DNA of 64,000 bases, from NCBI GenBank assembly GCA_947630365.1, contig CANRHI010000001.1, forward strand, positions 3,927 through 67,926. Direction: 5' to 3'. A program made the translations under genes and the position numbers. This document shows positions 7,593 to 17,147 of this stretch, one piece after another. Below the pieces are notes generated by a model. That model was given only the letters and a program-made list of their open reading frames with translations. It was not told the origin of the DNA and searched no databases. The stretch's first letter is position 1, and each line of letters begins with the position of its first letter. The DNA is from an uncultured Clostridia bacterium (lineage in GTDB: Bacteria > Bacillota > Clostridia > Christensenellales > Borkfalkiaceae).

Positions 7593-8851
7593 TTTCAAAC
7601 GCCACATTGGTTTGCGGGAACAGGGAGAAGAGGGCGGACCTTCGCATCGAGAACGGAAAGATCGCGAGCATCGCGCCTCGGCTCGTCCCGCGGAAGAACG
7701 AGCCCGTTTTGGATTGCGCGGGGTACACCGTGCTCCCGGGGCTCATCGACATGCATGTGCATTTGCGCGAGCCGGGCTTCGAAAAGAAGGAGACCATCGA
7801 GAGCGGTGCGCGGGCTGCCGTCGCGGGGGGCTTCACCGCCGTCTGCTGCATGCCCAACACCAAGCCCGTTGCCGACAACAAGGTGGTCGTCTCCTATATC
7901 AAGCACCGCGGCGAAGAGGTCGGGCTGTGCAAAGTGTACCCCATCGGCGCCATTACCGAGGGGCAGAAGGGGGAAACGCTCGCCTCCATCGGCGGAATGA
8001 AGGCGGCGGGCGCGGTCGCCCTCTCCGAGGACGGCAAGAGCGTGGAAAACAGCAAGCTCATGGCGAACGCCATGCTCTACGCCTCCGACTTCGGGCTCAA
8101 GTGCCTGTGCCATTGCGAGGACAGGGCGCTTGTCGACGGCGGCGTGGTGAACGAGGGGTACTACTCCACCTTAACGGGGCTCAAGGGGAGCATCCGCGCG
8201 GCGGAAGATATCCTCATCGCCCGCGAGATCTGCCTCTCGGAGAGCCTGAACATCCCCGTGCACATCTGCCATGTTTCGACGTTCAGCGGCGTGCAGCTCA
8301 TTCGCGAGGCGAAAAAACGGGGCGTAAATGTCACCGCCGAGACCTGCCCGCACTACTTCACTTTGACGGACGCCGCCATTTCCTCTTTCGATACGAACGC
8401 CAAGGTCAACCCGCCGCTGCGGGAAGAGAAGGACCGCCTCGCCGTGATCGAGGGGCTCAGAGACGGCACGCTCGATTGTATCGCGAGCGATCACGCGCCC
8501 CATCACGAGGACGACAAGAACGTGGAATTCGACCTCGCGGCCTTCGGCATCAGCGGGCTGGAGACGAGCTTCGCCCTCTCCTACACCGCGCTCGTGAGGA
8601 GCGGCGCGCTCACCCTCCCCGCGCTTGTAGGCAAGATGAGCGCCCGCCCCGCCGAAATTTTGGGGCTCGCTGGCGGCAAGCTCGAAGTGGGCGCCCCCGC
8701 CGATATTACCGTCGTCGACCTGGCCGAGAAGTGGACGGTCGACCCCTCGAAATTCCTTTCCAAGGGAAAGAACACGCCGTTTCGCGGCATGGAGGTGTAC
8801 GGCAGCGTGAAGTACACCCTCGTGGACGGCGAGATCAAATTCTGCGGCTGA
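7586..8851 (+). CDS. pyrC: Dihydroorotase
   Basis: DMHVHLREPG metal-binding motif, and the ASDHAPH motif. It overlaps pyrB by 7 nt. Confidence 0.9.
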   Translation: MLISNATLVCGNREKRADLRIENGKIASIAPRLVPRKNEPVLDCAGYTVLPGLIDMHVHLREPGFEKKETIESGARAAVAGGFTAVCCMPNTKPVADNKVVVSYIKHRGEEVGLCKVYPIGAITEGQKGETLASIGGMKAAGAVALSEDGKSVENSKLMANAMLYASDFGLKCLCHCEDRALVDGGVVNEGYYSTLTGLKGSIRAAEDILIAREICLSESLNIPVHICHVSTFSGVQLIREAKKRGVNVTAETCPHYFTLTDAAISSFDTNAKVNPPLREEKDRLAVIEGLRDGTLDCIASDHAPHHEDDKNVEFDLAAFGISGLETSFALSYTALVRSGALTLPALVGKMSARPAEILGLAGGKLEVGAPADITVVDLAEKWTVDPSKFLSKGKNTPFRGMEVYGSVKYTLVDGEIKFCG

Positions 8852-8867
8852 CGCAAAAGGAGAGCAT

Positions 8868-9758
8868 ATGATCTTCGATACCCTCATCGAACGCATAACT
8901 ATGACGCAGGCGCCCATCTGCGTCGGGCTGGACACCTCCTTTTCCTACCTCCCCGAGAGCCTGAAAAAGGGCGCGGAGGACGAAAAGGACAGGGCGAAGG
9001 CCATCGTGAAATTCAACCGCGCCATCGTGGACGCCGTTTGCGACATCGTCCCCGCGGTAAAGGTGCAGATCGCCTACTACGAGGCGCTCGGCACGGCGGG
9101 CATGAAGGCGTTCAAAAAGACGTGCGAATACGCCAAGGAGAAGGGGCTCATCGTCATCGCGGACGCCAAGCGGAACGACATCGGCGCGACGGCGGCGCAG
9201 TACGCGCAGGCGTTTCTTTCCGAAGAGGCGCTCTTCCCCTGCGACCTTCTCACCGTGAACGGGTACTTGGGCACGGACGGCGTCGCCCCCTTCCTCGAGG
9301 AGGCGAAAAAGAGCGACAAGGGCGTCTTTGTTTTGGTCAAGACGAGCAACCCCTCCTCGGGAGAGCTGCAAAACTTGAAGCTCGAGGACGGGCGCACCGT
9401 ATATGAGTGCATGGGCGACATGGTGAAAATGTGGGGCGAGGGCACGGAGGGCAAGTACGGCTACTCCCGCGCGGGGGCGGTCGTGGGGGCGACGTACCCC
9501 GCCGAGGCTGCCGCTCTTCGCAGCCGCCTTCCCCATACCTTCTTCCTCATTCCCGGCTACGGCGCGCAGGGCGGGAACGCCGAAATGCTCAAGACCTGCT
9601 TCCATGCGGGCGGCATGGGAGGCATCGTGAACAACTCCCGCGGCATCCTCTGCGCCCATCAAAAGAGGGGCGGGGACCCTGCGGAAGCGGCGCGGGCGGC
9701 GACGCTCGACATGAAGAAGGATATCCTTTCCGTCTTGGGGGAAATATGCGCGAAGTAA
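8868..9758 (+). CDS. pyrF: Orotidine 5'-phosphate decarboxylase (long type 2 form)
   Basis: 296 aa. Motifs: VGLD, DAKRNDIG and PGYGAQGG. Sits in pyr operon context. Confidence 0.85.
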   Translation: MIFDTLIERITMTQAPICVGLDTSFSYLPESLKKGAEDEKDRAKAIVKFNRAIVDAVCDIVPAVKVQIAYYEALGTAGMKAFKKTCEYAKEKGLIVIADAKRNDIGATAAQYAQAFLSEEALFPCDLLTVNGYLGTDGVAPFLEEAKKSDKGVFVLVKTSNPSSGELQNLKLEDGRTVYECMGDMVKMWGEGTEGKYGYSRAGAVVGATYPAEAAALRSRLPHTFFLIPGYGAQGGNAEMLKTCFHAGGMGGIVNNSRGILCAHQKRGGDPAEAARAATLDMKKDILSVLGEICAK

Positions 9759-10495
9759 CGGCGACCGTTCTCGAAAATGTCCGCATTGCGGAGGGCGTCT
9801 ATTCGCTCACCTTTGCGGCGGAAGAGCTGCCCGTGAACGCGGGGCAATTCTGCATGGTGGGGGTGAACGGCTTCCCGCTGCGCCGTCCCATCGCCATCTG
9901 CAAGTCGGAGGGGGAGCGCTACACCGTGTGCTATCGCGTGCAGGGCGCGGGGACCAAGCGGCTCTCCCAAACCTATAAACCGGGGGAGGCGCTCTCCGTG
10001 CTCCTTCCGCTCGGCAACGGCTTTTCGCTCGAAGAGGGGCAAAGGCGCGTCGCCGTCGTGGGCGGCGGCGTGGGGGTGTTCCCGCTCGTCGCGGCGATAC
10101 GGCAATTCGCCGAAGAAAAACAGATTTACGCCTACATGGGCTTTCGAAGCCGCTCCTCCGTGTGCATGGAATACGATCTGCGGCGGGGGGAGAAGCTCGT
10201 CCTCGCCACGGACGACGGCTCGGTCGGCTACCACGGCACGGCAGTGCAGGCGTTCATGGAGGACATCGAAAAGGTGCAGCCGGACGCGGTGCTCGCCTGC
10301 GGTCCCACCCCCATGCTCCGCGCCTTAAAGAGCGCCACCGAGGGGCGGGGCATTCCCGTGTATGCCTCCTTGGAGGAGCGGATGGGCTGCGGCGTGGGGG
10401 CATGCCTCGTGTGCGTGTGCGAGAAAAAAGACGGCACCCATGCCCGCGTTTGCAAGGACGGACCCGTGTTCGAGCTCGGGGAGGTCAAGCTGTAA
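9746..10495 (+). CDS. pyrK: Dihydroorotate dehydrogenase B electron-transfer subunit
   Basis: The internal ATG at 9746 (MREVTATVLENV...) overlaps the pyrF end by 13 nt. It has an FAD/NAD-binding fold pattern and a C-terminal 2Fe-2S Cys cluster, CGVGACLVCVC. The track ORF from 9407 is an extension that overlaps pyrF. Confidence 0.85.
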   Translation: MREVTATVLENVRIAEGVYSLTFAAEELPVNAGQFCMVGVNGFPLRRPIAICKSEGERYTVCYRVQGAGTKRLSQTYKPGEALSVLLPLGNGFSLEEGQRRVAVVGGGVGVFPLVAAIRQFAEEKQIYAYMGFRSRSSVCMEYDLRRGEKLVLATDDGSVGYHGTAVQAFMEDIEKVQPDAVLACGPTPMLRALKSATEGRGIPVYASLEERMGCGVGACLVCVCEKKDGTHARVCKDGPVFELGEVKL

Positions 10496-10555
10496 TGCCG
10501 TTTTTTTCCAAAATCCCCCACCCATGTCCGAATTCTCTCGGCATGGTATGCCCCG

Positions 10556-10716
10556 CGCGAGCACAGGGCGCGACATGCCCCGCCCATTCAAAGCGGCGCG
10601 CGGCTTTCCCCGCGCGTTCACAGCGGCGCGAAGCTGCCCCCGCGTGTCATTTTGAGCGGCGCGAAGCCGCCCCCGCGTGTCATTTTGAGCGGAGCGTAGC
10701 GGAGTCGAAAAATCTC
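10556..10716. repeat. Tandem ~33-bp GC-rich repeats inserted between pyrK and pyrD
   Basis: AGCGGCGCGAAGC(T/C)GCCCCCGCGTGTCATTTTG occurs at 10622-10654 and 10655-10687. Degenerate copies lie upstream. The GTCATTTTGAGCGGAGCGTAGCGGAGTCGAAAAATCTC tail is related to GTCATGTTGAG...CGACCGAAACATCC at 12326 and 20436. Confidence 0.85.
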
Positions 10717-10729
10717 AATGGAGGCACCC

Positions 10730-11638
10730 ATGTCTGACCTTCGAGTAAACTTATGCGGCGTGGAGCTGAAAAACCCCGTCATTCCCGCCTCGGGCACGTT
10801 CGGCTTCGGGCGGGAATTCAACGAACTGTTCGATATCTCCCTCCTCGGCGCGGTGGCGACCAAGGGGCTCACCCTCCTTCCCCGCGCGGGCAACCCCGTG
10901 CCCCGCATTGCGGAGAGCCACGGCGTCATCCTGAACGCCGTCGGGCTGCAAAATCCCGGCGTCGAGAGCTTTCTCGAGAACGACCTCGCGTGGCTGAGGG
11001 GAAAGACGCGCGTCATCGCCAACGTGGCGGGGAGCACCGTTTCGGACTACGAAAAGATTTGTGCGCGGCTCGATGGCAAGGTGGACTTTTTGGAGCTGAA
11101 CATCTCCTGCCCCAACGTGAAGTGCGGCGGCATGGCGTTCGGCGTCCGCCCCGAGAGCATCGCGGAGGTGACGGCGGCGGCAAAGAAGAATTGCCCGCAC
11201 ACCCCCCTCATCGTAAAACTTTCGCCCAACGTGGAGAGCATCGCTTCCAACGCGCGGGCGGCGGAGGAGGCGGGCGCAGACGGCATTTCGCTCGTGAACA
11301 CCTTCACGGGGCTCGCCATAGATATCGAACGCCGCCGTCCCGTCCTTGCCAACAACACGGGCGGGGTCTCGGGCGCGGGAATAAAGCCCATCGCCGTGCG
11401 CATGGTGTACGAGGCGGCGAAGGCGGTGAAGATCCCCGTCGTCGGCATGGGCGGGATCACCTGCGCGGAGGACGCCATCGAATTCCTCATGGCGGGCGCC
11501 ACGGCGGTGCAGGTCGGCACGCAGAGCTTTTCGGATACGCACGCCTGCCTTCGCATTCTCGAGGGGATCGACGCGTGGTGCGACGCGCACGGCGTCGAAA
11601 AGGTCTCTTCCCTCACGGGCACTTTGAAATGCAATTAA
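10730..11638 (+). CDS. pyrD: Dihydroorotate dehydrogenase B catalytic subunit (class 1B)
   Basis: MSDLRVNLCGVELKNPV...NISCPN...GGI motifs. GGAGG at 10720-24 favours the ATG at 10730 over 10718. Confidence 0.9.
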   Translation: MSDLRVNLCGVELKNPVIPASGTFGFGREFNELFDISLLGAVATKGLTLLPRAGNPVPRIAESHGVILNAVGLQNPGVESFLENDLAWLRGKTRVIANVAGSTVSDYEKICARLDGKVDFLELNISCPNVKCGGMAFGVRPESIAEVTAAAKKNCPHTPLIVKLSPNVESIASNARAAEEAGADGISLVNTFTGLAIDIERRRPVLANNTGGVSGAGIKPIAVRMVYEAAKAVKIPVVGMGGITCAEDAIEFLMAGATAVQVGTQSFSDTHACLRILEGIDAWCDAHGVEKVSSLTGTLKCN

Positions 11639-11650
11639 GGAGGATAGAAC

Positions 11651-12301
11651 GTGCAAGAGCATAAGCACGAATTTATTCGCTTCATGGTGGAAAGCGGCGT
11701 GCTCCTCTTTGGGGACTTCACCTTAAAGAGCGGCAGGAAGGCGCCCTACTTTATGAACGCGGGAAAGTACAAGACGGGCGGGCAGATCGGCCGCCTCGGC
11801 GAATTTTACGCCGCGTGCTACCTCGAAAACAAGGTGCAGGCGGAAATTTTGGCGGGCCCCGCCTATAAGGGCATCCCGCTCGCCGTTTCCACGAGCATCG
11901 CCCTTTCGAAAAAGGGCGTGGAGCTCGGGTACCTCTTCGACCGCAAGGAGGTGAAGGACCACGGCGAGGGCGGCATGTTCGTCGGCGCGCCCCTTCGCGA
12001 CGGGGACAGGGTGTGCATCGTCGAGGACGTGATGACTTCGGGCAAGGCGCTGCGCGAATTTCTCCCCAAGCTCAAGGCGGAGGCAAACGCCACGGTCGAG
12101 GATATGCTCATCTCGGTCGATCGGCAGGAGAAGGGCCTCGGCGAGCGCTCGGCGGTAGAGGAGGCGTTCGAGGAATTCGGCATTCGCGTGCACGCCATCG
12201 TCACGGTGGAGGACATCATGCAGGCGATGGAAGAGGGCGTCATCGAGGGGAAGGAGCACCTTCCCGCCATGCGCGCCTACCGAGAGAAATACGGCGCGTA
12301 A
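11651..12301 (+). CDS. pyrE: Orotate phosphoribosyltransferase
   Basis: GTG start preceded by AAGGAGG (11636-42). PRPP-binding loop VCIVEDVMTSG. Confidence 0.88.
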   Translation: MQEHKHEFIRFMVESGVLLFGDFTLKSGRKAPYFMNAGKYKTGGQIGRLGEFYAACYLENKVQAEILAGPAYKGIPLAVSTSIALSKKGVELGYLFDRKEVKDHGEGGMFVGAPLRDGDRVCIVEDVMTSGKALREFLPKLKAEANATVEDMLISVDRQEKGLGERSAVEEAFEEFGIRVHAIVTVEDIMQAMEEGVIEGKEHLPAMRAYREKYGA

Positions 12302-12760
12302 GGGGGACCCGCAGGAACTACCGCGTCATGTTGAGGGAGCGTAAGCGACCGAAACATCCCGAAGAACGAAGTCCGAAATTTCATCCTCGGGATTCTTCGC
12401 TACGCTACGCTACTTCGCGCTACGCGCTCGTGCCGCCCTTGGAATACAAAAGAAGCTCAGGCGGGGCAGAATGACGCGGTAACACGGGGGCAACCCCCAC
12501 CACCCGCTACGCGGGAGCCGCCCCCTTCAAAGGGGGCAGCTTTACAGCGAATCCCTCCCCCTGTATCCCCCTCCTTAGAAAGGAGGGGGATTTTTGTTGT
12601 AATCCCCTTCCCCTTTGGGGAGGACGCCGCTATCCAATCCCCCTCCCCTTGGGGGAGGGGGACGCAGGGGGGGGACCAAGCGAGCCCTTCCTCGACATGA
12701 CGCGGTAACGCAGGGCCCCCCTCGGCGGGCATAAATTGGGGTGGTGGGACATACCTTACC
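12302..12760. repeat. Intergenic block of mosaic GC-rich hairpin repeats (copy A)
   Basis: 12321-12400 is nearly identical to 20431-20510. Modules GGGGCAGAATGACGCGGTAAC (12463-83), CCCCCTGTATCCCCCTCCTT...AAGGAGGGGGATT (12557-) and CCCCTCCCCTTGGGGGAGGGGGACGCAGGGG recur at the other repeat loci. Confidence 0.9.
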
Positions 12761-12763
12761 TGT

Positions 12764-15319
12764 ATGGAACAGTACAGGGAGACGGTGCAAGAGGTTTTGC
12801 AAAAAGTCGGGGGAACGGAGGCGGGGCTGACCGAAGAGGAGGCGTCCCGCCGCCTTGCGCGTTTCGGGCGCAACGAGCTGCAAGACGAAAAACGCGCAAG
12901 CAAGCTCGGGCTCTTCTTTTCGCAATTCAAGGACCTTATGACGCTCATCCTCATCTCGGCGGCATTCCTTTCGGGCGTGCTGGCGTTCGTCACGGGGGAG
13001 AAGAGCGAGCTCGCCGATACCGCCATCCTGCTCTTCGTCATCCTCTTGAACGCCGTCGTCGGGTTTTTGCAGGAGTACCGCGCGGACGCCGCCATCGCGA
13101 ACCTCAAAAAGCTCTCGGCGGACGAGGCAAACGTGGTGCGGGGCGGAAGGGTGCTCCGCCTTCCCGCCGCCGAACTCGTGGTGGGGGACGTCGTGGAGCT
13201 CGAAGAGGGCGACCGCGTGCCTGCCGATTGCCGCATCCTCTCCTCGAGCGAATTCCGCTGCGACGAATCCGCCCTCACGGGGGAGTCCGCGCCCGTCAAA
13301 AAGCGCGACTGCGTCGTCGCGTCCTCCGCCCTTGCCGAGCGCGCCAACACGGCGCACATGGGCACCTTCTGCGTGAAGGGGAGCGCCCGCCTCGTTGTCG
13401 TTTCCACCGGCATGGACACCGAAATGGGCAAGATCGCCTCCCTCTTGAAGGAAGAAAAGCCCGCGCCCTCCCCGCTCGATAAGACCATTGCAAAGCTCGG
13501 AAAGATCGTTACCGTCTCCGTGCTTCTCGTCGCCGCCGTGCTCTTTTTGGGCGGGCTGTTTTCGCGGCGGGTGGGCTTCTTGCAAAATGTGATGAACGCC
13601 GTCGCGGTCGCCGTCGCCGCCATCCCCGAGGGAATGGGCGCGGTCGTCACCGTCATTTTGGCGATGGGCGTACAGCGCATGGCGAAGGCGAGGGCGGTCG
13701 TAAGAAAGCTCTCCGCCGTCGAAGCGCTCGGGAGCTGCTCGGTCATCTGTTCGGACAAGACGGGCACGCTCACCAAGAACAAGATGACGGTGGAAGCCCT
13801 CCTTTGCGACCTCGCGGGGGAGAGCCCGCGGGCGCGGGAGGAAGCCTTAAAGTGCATGCGCGTCTGCAACACCGTGAAGGGGGAGCGGGGCGGGTATCTC
13901 GGCGACCCCACCGAGATCGCCCTCGTCGAATATGCGGATCTTTGCAATGTGCCGCCCGCGCCCCGCGTTTTGCAGCTTGTGCCCTTCTCCTCGGAGAGAA
14001 GGCGCATGAGCGTGCGCACCGCGGAGGGGAGCTACGAAAAGGGCGGCGCGGAGGTGCTCTTGCCGCTCTGCCGCCGCGTGTATTCGGAAAACAGAGAAAT
14101 TCCCCTCACCGAGGGGATACGAAAGGATGTGCTCGCCCGTGCGCGGGAGTGCGCGGGAAGGGGGATGCGCGTGCTCGCCCTCGCCAAGGGGGAGGAGGGG
14201 GAGCTGACCCTTCTCGCCCTCGTCGCCTTGCACGACCCGCCGAGGGAGGGCGCGGAAGAGGCCGTCGCCTCCTGCCGCCGCGCGGGGGTCAAGACGGTGA
14301 TGATCACGGGGGACAGCCGCGAGACCGCCTTCTCCGTCGCCGCCCGCCTCGGCATCGCGAGGAACCCCTCCGAGGTGCTCACGGGCGAGGAGATGGACGC
14401 GCTCGGGGAGGAGTACTTTCCCCGCGCCAAGCGGTACAGCGTGTATGCCCGCGTCTCCCCCCGCCACAAGAGCGAAATCGTGAAGGCGTTGAAGCGGAGC
14501 GGCGAGGTCGTCGCCATGACGGGGGACGGGGTGAACGACGCGCCCGCCCTCCGCGCCGCGGACATCGGCGTGGCGATGGGCTCGGGGACGGACGTCACCA
14601 AGAACGCCGCGGACATGGTGCTCACGGACGACGACTTTTCCACCATGGTGCACGCCGTGGAGGAGGGGAGAAACGTCTTTTTCAACATCAAAAAGACCAT
14701 CTCCTTCTTCCTCTCCACCAACCTTGCCGAAGTGCTCTGCGTGCTCTTTGCCTCCCTCCTCTTGTGGCGGTACCACTTTCTCACCTCCACGCAGCTGCTT
14801 TGGATCAACCTCATCACGGACTCCTTGCCCGTGCTCGCGTTGGGGGTGGAGAAGTCGGGCCGCGCCATGGAACGCCCACCCGTTTCGGATAGGGAAATTT
14901 TCTCCCCGCCCGCGCTCTGCCGCATGGCGCTCTACGGGCTGGTGCAGACGGGCATCGTCTTGGGGCTGTTTTTATTCGGGCTCAAGTTTTGGGGGAATGC
15001 GGAAGCGAGCACGGCGGCGTTCCTTGCCATGTCCTTCACCGAGCTGCTGCACGCCTTCAACGTGCGCGCGGAGGAGGGGAAGCCCTTCTCCAACCCCGTC
15101 CTCCTCGCAACGGCGGCGGTGGGGGCGCTCCTCAACGTGCTCATCGCGGTGGTGCCTATCTTTTGCCGCGCCTTCTCCCTCGCCCCGCTCCTTCCCGCGC
15201 AGTGGGCGGCGGTGGGGATCGCCTCCTTCGGAATCCTGCTCTTCGGCGCGGCCGAGCGGGCGGCAAGGGGGCTCAAAAGGCGGAAAAGACGTACCCTTTC
15301 TCCCGAAAGTACCCGATGA
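12764..15319 (+). CDS. P-type cation-transporting ATPase (P2, Ca2+-ATPase-like)
   Basis: 851 aa. Motifs: TGES, CSDKTGTLT, MITGD, GDGVNDAPAL and the PEGM TM4 motif. Confidence 0.9.
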   Translation: MEQYRETVQEVLQKVGGTEAGLTEEEASRRLARFGRNELQDEKRASKLGLFFSQFKDLMTLILISAAFLSGVLAFVTGEKSELADTAILLFVILLNAVVGFLQEYRADAAIANLKKLSADEANVVRGGRVLRLPAAELVVGDVVELEEGDRVPADCRILSSSEFRCDESALTGESAPVKKRDCVVASSALAERANTAHMGTFCVKGSARLVVVSTGMDTEMGKIASLLKEEKPAPSPLDKTIAKLGKIVTVSVLLVAAVLFLGGLFSRRVGFLQNVMNAVAVAVAAIPEGMGAVVTVILAMGVQRMAKARAVVRKLSAVEALGSCSVICSDKTGTLTKNKMTVEALLCDLAGESPRAREEALKCMRVCNTVKGERGGYLGDPTEIALVEYADLCNVPPAPRVLQLVPFSSERRRMSVRTAEGSYEKGGAEVLLPLCRRVYSENREIPLTEGIRKDVLARARECAGRGMRVLALAKGEEGELTLLALVALHDPPREGAEEAVASCRRAGVKTVMITGDSRETAFSVAARLGIARNPSEVLTGEEMDALGEEYFPRAKRYSVYARVSPRHKSEIVKALKRSGEVVAMTGDGVNDAPALRAADIGVAMGSGTDVTKNAADMVLTDDDFSTMVHAVEEGRNVFFNIKKTISFFLSTNLAEVLCVLFASLLLWRYHFLTSTQLLWINLITDSLPVLALGVEKSGRAMERPPVSDREIFSPPALCRMALYGLVQTGIVLGLFLFGLKFWGNAEASTAAFLAMSFTELLHAFNVRAEEGKPFSNPVLLATAAVGALLNVLIAVVPIFCRAFSLAPLLPAQWAAVGIASFGILLFGAAERAARGLKRRKRRTLSPESTR

Positions 15320-15953
15320 TGCGGGGGAGCGCCTCGGCGGTCGCCCTGTGCGGCGCGGAGTCGTGGAGAAGCAGCACCACTTCATTCTTGTTTTGGGAAG
15401 TTTTCACCGCCATCGAGAAGAGCTCGCTTGCCGTCGCGCCCCGCAGTTCCTCGTCCCCGCAGACGGCGTTCCATCCCACGATGCGGTACCCCCGCTTTCG
15501 GAGGAGGGTAGAAAAATGCGCCTTGTTCTCCCCTCCGCCGCCCGGGAAGCGGTATACCCGCGGGGAGACGCCCGTCACGCGGGAGATGGTCTCGGCGCAG
15601 GAGCCAACGTCCGCAAGGAATTTCTCGTCCGAGGAATAGATCTCCGAATACACATGGCTCTTGGAATGCACGCCGAGGGTGTGCCCCTCCCTTGCGATGC
15701 GCCGCAGCGTCTCTTCCCTTCCCTCCACGCGGTCGGAGACGATGAAGAAGGTCGCCTTCACGTTTTCTTTCTGTAATGTATCGAGGATGCGCCCCGTCAC
15801 GACGGTGCTGGGGCCGTCGTCGAAGGTAAGGTAGCACGTTTTCTCCGCTGCGATGGAAAAGACGGGCGCCGCCGTAATGCGCGCTCCGAGCGAGGCAAAG
15901 AGAAGCAGCAGCGACAAGAGCAGCACGAGTAGGGGAATGTATTTTCTCTGCAT
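15273..15953 (-). CDS. Polysaccharide deacetylase (CE4) with N-terminal signal/anchor
   Basis: This is the C-terminal 226 codons of the 595-aa track ORF, starting at the ATG at 15953 (MQRKYIPLLVLLLSLLLLFA...). Motifs: TFDDGP, HSKSH and RFPGG. Confidence 0.85.
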   Translation of the reverse strand: MQRKYIPLLVLLLSLLLLFASLGARITAAPVFSIAAEKTCYLTFDDGPSTVVTGRILDTLQKENVKATFFIVSDRVEGREETLRRIAREGHTLGVHSKSHVYSEIYSSDEKFLADVGSCAETISRVTGVSPRVYRFPGGGGENKAHFSTLLRKRGYRIVGWNAVCGDEELRGATASELFSMAVKTSQNKNEVVLLLHDSAPHRATAEALPRIIGYFREKGYVFSAF

Positions 15954-16052
15954 ACTTGAAGTTTGCCGAAGTTTGCGGAAAATATTTACTTTTCCTTGCG
16001 GCTGTGGTATAATGAGGAAAAAGAACAAAGCCCGACGGGCAGGAGGAACAAC

Positions 16053-17087
16053 ATGATCACGCAAGAGAGCTTCGGCAAAACAGCGGATGGGAAGGAGGTG
16101 CTCGCCTTCACCCTTTCGGACGGCGCGTCGCACGTCAAAATTTTGAATTTGGGCGGCATCGTGCAGAGCATCGTCGTGCCCGACCGCAAGGGGACGCCTA
16201 CGGACGTCGCCCTCGGCTACAACACCGTGAAAGAATACGAGCAAAACGACGGATATTTGGGCGCGCTCATCGGCAGATTCGGCAACCGCATCGGCAAGGG
16301 CGAGCTCACCGTCGAGGGTAAAAAATACGCCCTCTACTGCAACGACAGGGGCAACCACCTGCACGGCGGAAAGGTGGGCTTCAACGCCAAAATTTGGGAG
16401 CATGCCATCGAGGGCGATACCCTTGTCCTCACTCTCTTCTCCCCCGACGGCGAGGAAAACTACCCCGGGAACCTCAAAGTGACGGTAAAATACAGCTTTC
16501 AGGGCGGCGCGCTCAAGATCTGCTACCATGCCGTGAGCGACAAGGCGACGGCGGTCAACCTCACCAACCACACCTATTTCAACCTGAGCGGCGAGGGCGA
16601 CGGCAGCATCCTCGACCACGAGCTCACCATCGACAGCGACTTGATCGTCCCCACGAACGAGACGCAGATCCCCGAGGGAGGGCTTCGCGCCGTGAAGGGC
16701 ACGCCGTTCGACTTCAACGAGGCAAAGCCCATCGGGCGGGACATCGGGGCGAAGGATATCGACCTTCTCCGCGGCAACGGCTACGACCACAGCTTCGTCC
16801 TGAAGGCGCCCAAGGGGGAGATGAAAGAATACGGGAGCATCCAAAGCCCCAAGACGGGGATCCGCATGCGGTGCTTCACCGATATGCCCGCCGTGCAGCT
16901 CTATACGGGCAACGGGCTTTCCCAGCAGGGAAAGACGGCGTACTACGGCAAGCGCGCGGCGTTCTGCCTCGAGACGGGGGATATTCCCAACAATGTGAAC
17001 GTGCCTGAGTACGCGGCGCTCGGCAGCTCTGTTTTGAAGGCGGGCGAGGAGTATACGCACACCTGCATCTATAAATTCGAGGCGTAA
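16053..17087 (+). CDS. galM: Aldose 1-epimerase (galactose mutarotase)
   Basis: ATG at 16053 after AGGAGG (16041-46). Motifs: GNRIG, HLHGG, NLTNHTYFNL and a CLE-type C-terminal motif. Confidence 0.85.
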   Translation: MITQESFGKTADGKEVLAFTLSDGASHVKILNLGGIVQSIVVPDRKGTPTDVALGYNTVKEYEQNDGYLGALIGRFGNRIGKGELTVEGKKYALYCNDRGNHLHGGKVGFNAKIWEHAIEGDTLVLTLFSPDGEENYPGNLKVTVKYSFQGGALKICYHAVSDKATAVNLTNHTYFNLSGEGDGSILDHELTIDSDLIVPTNETQIPEGGLRAVKGTPFDFNEAKPIGRDIGAKDIDLLRGNGYDHSFVLKAPKGEMKEYGSIQSPKTGIRMRCFTDMPAVQLYTGNGLSQQGKTAYYGKRAAFCLETGDIPNNVNVPEYAALGSSVLKAGEEYTHTCIYKFEA

Positions 17088-17147
17088 GGCGAAAAAACGC
17101 TCCCCCCGATGTTTGAAATGAACCCCAAAAGTTGGACAAAAATTTAA

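Noticed and set aside
15273-17060. 595-aa minus-strand ORF as a single gene
   Set aside because: Only the C-terminal 226 codons (from the ATG at 15953) form a coherent signal-anchored CE4 deacetylase. The upstream part is antisense to galM and has junk composition.
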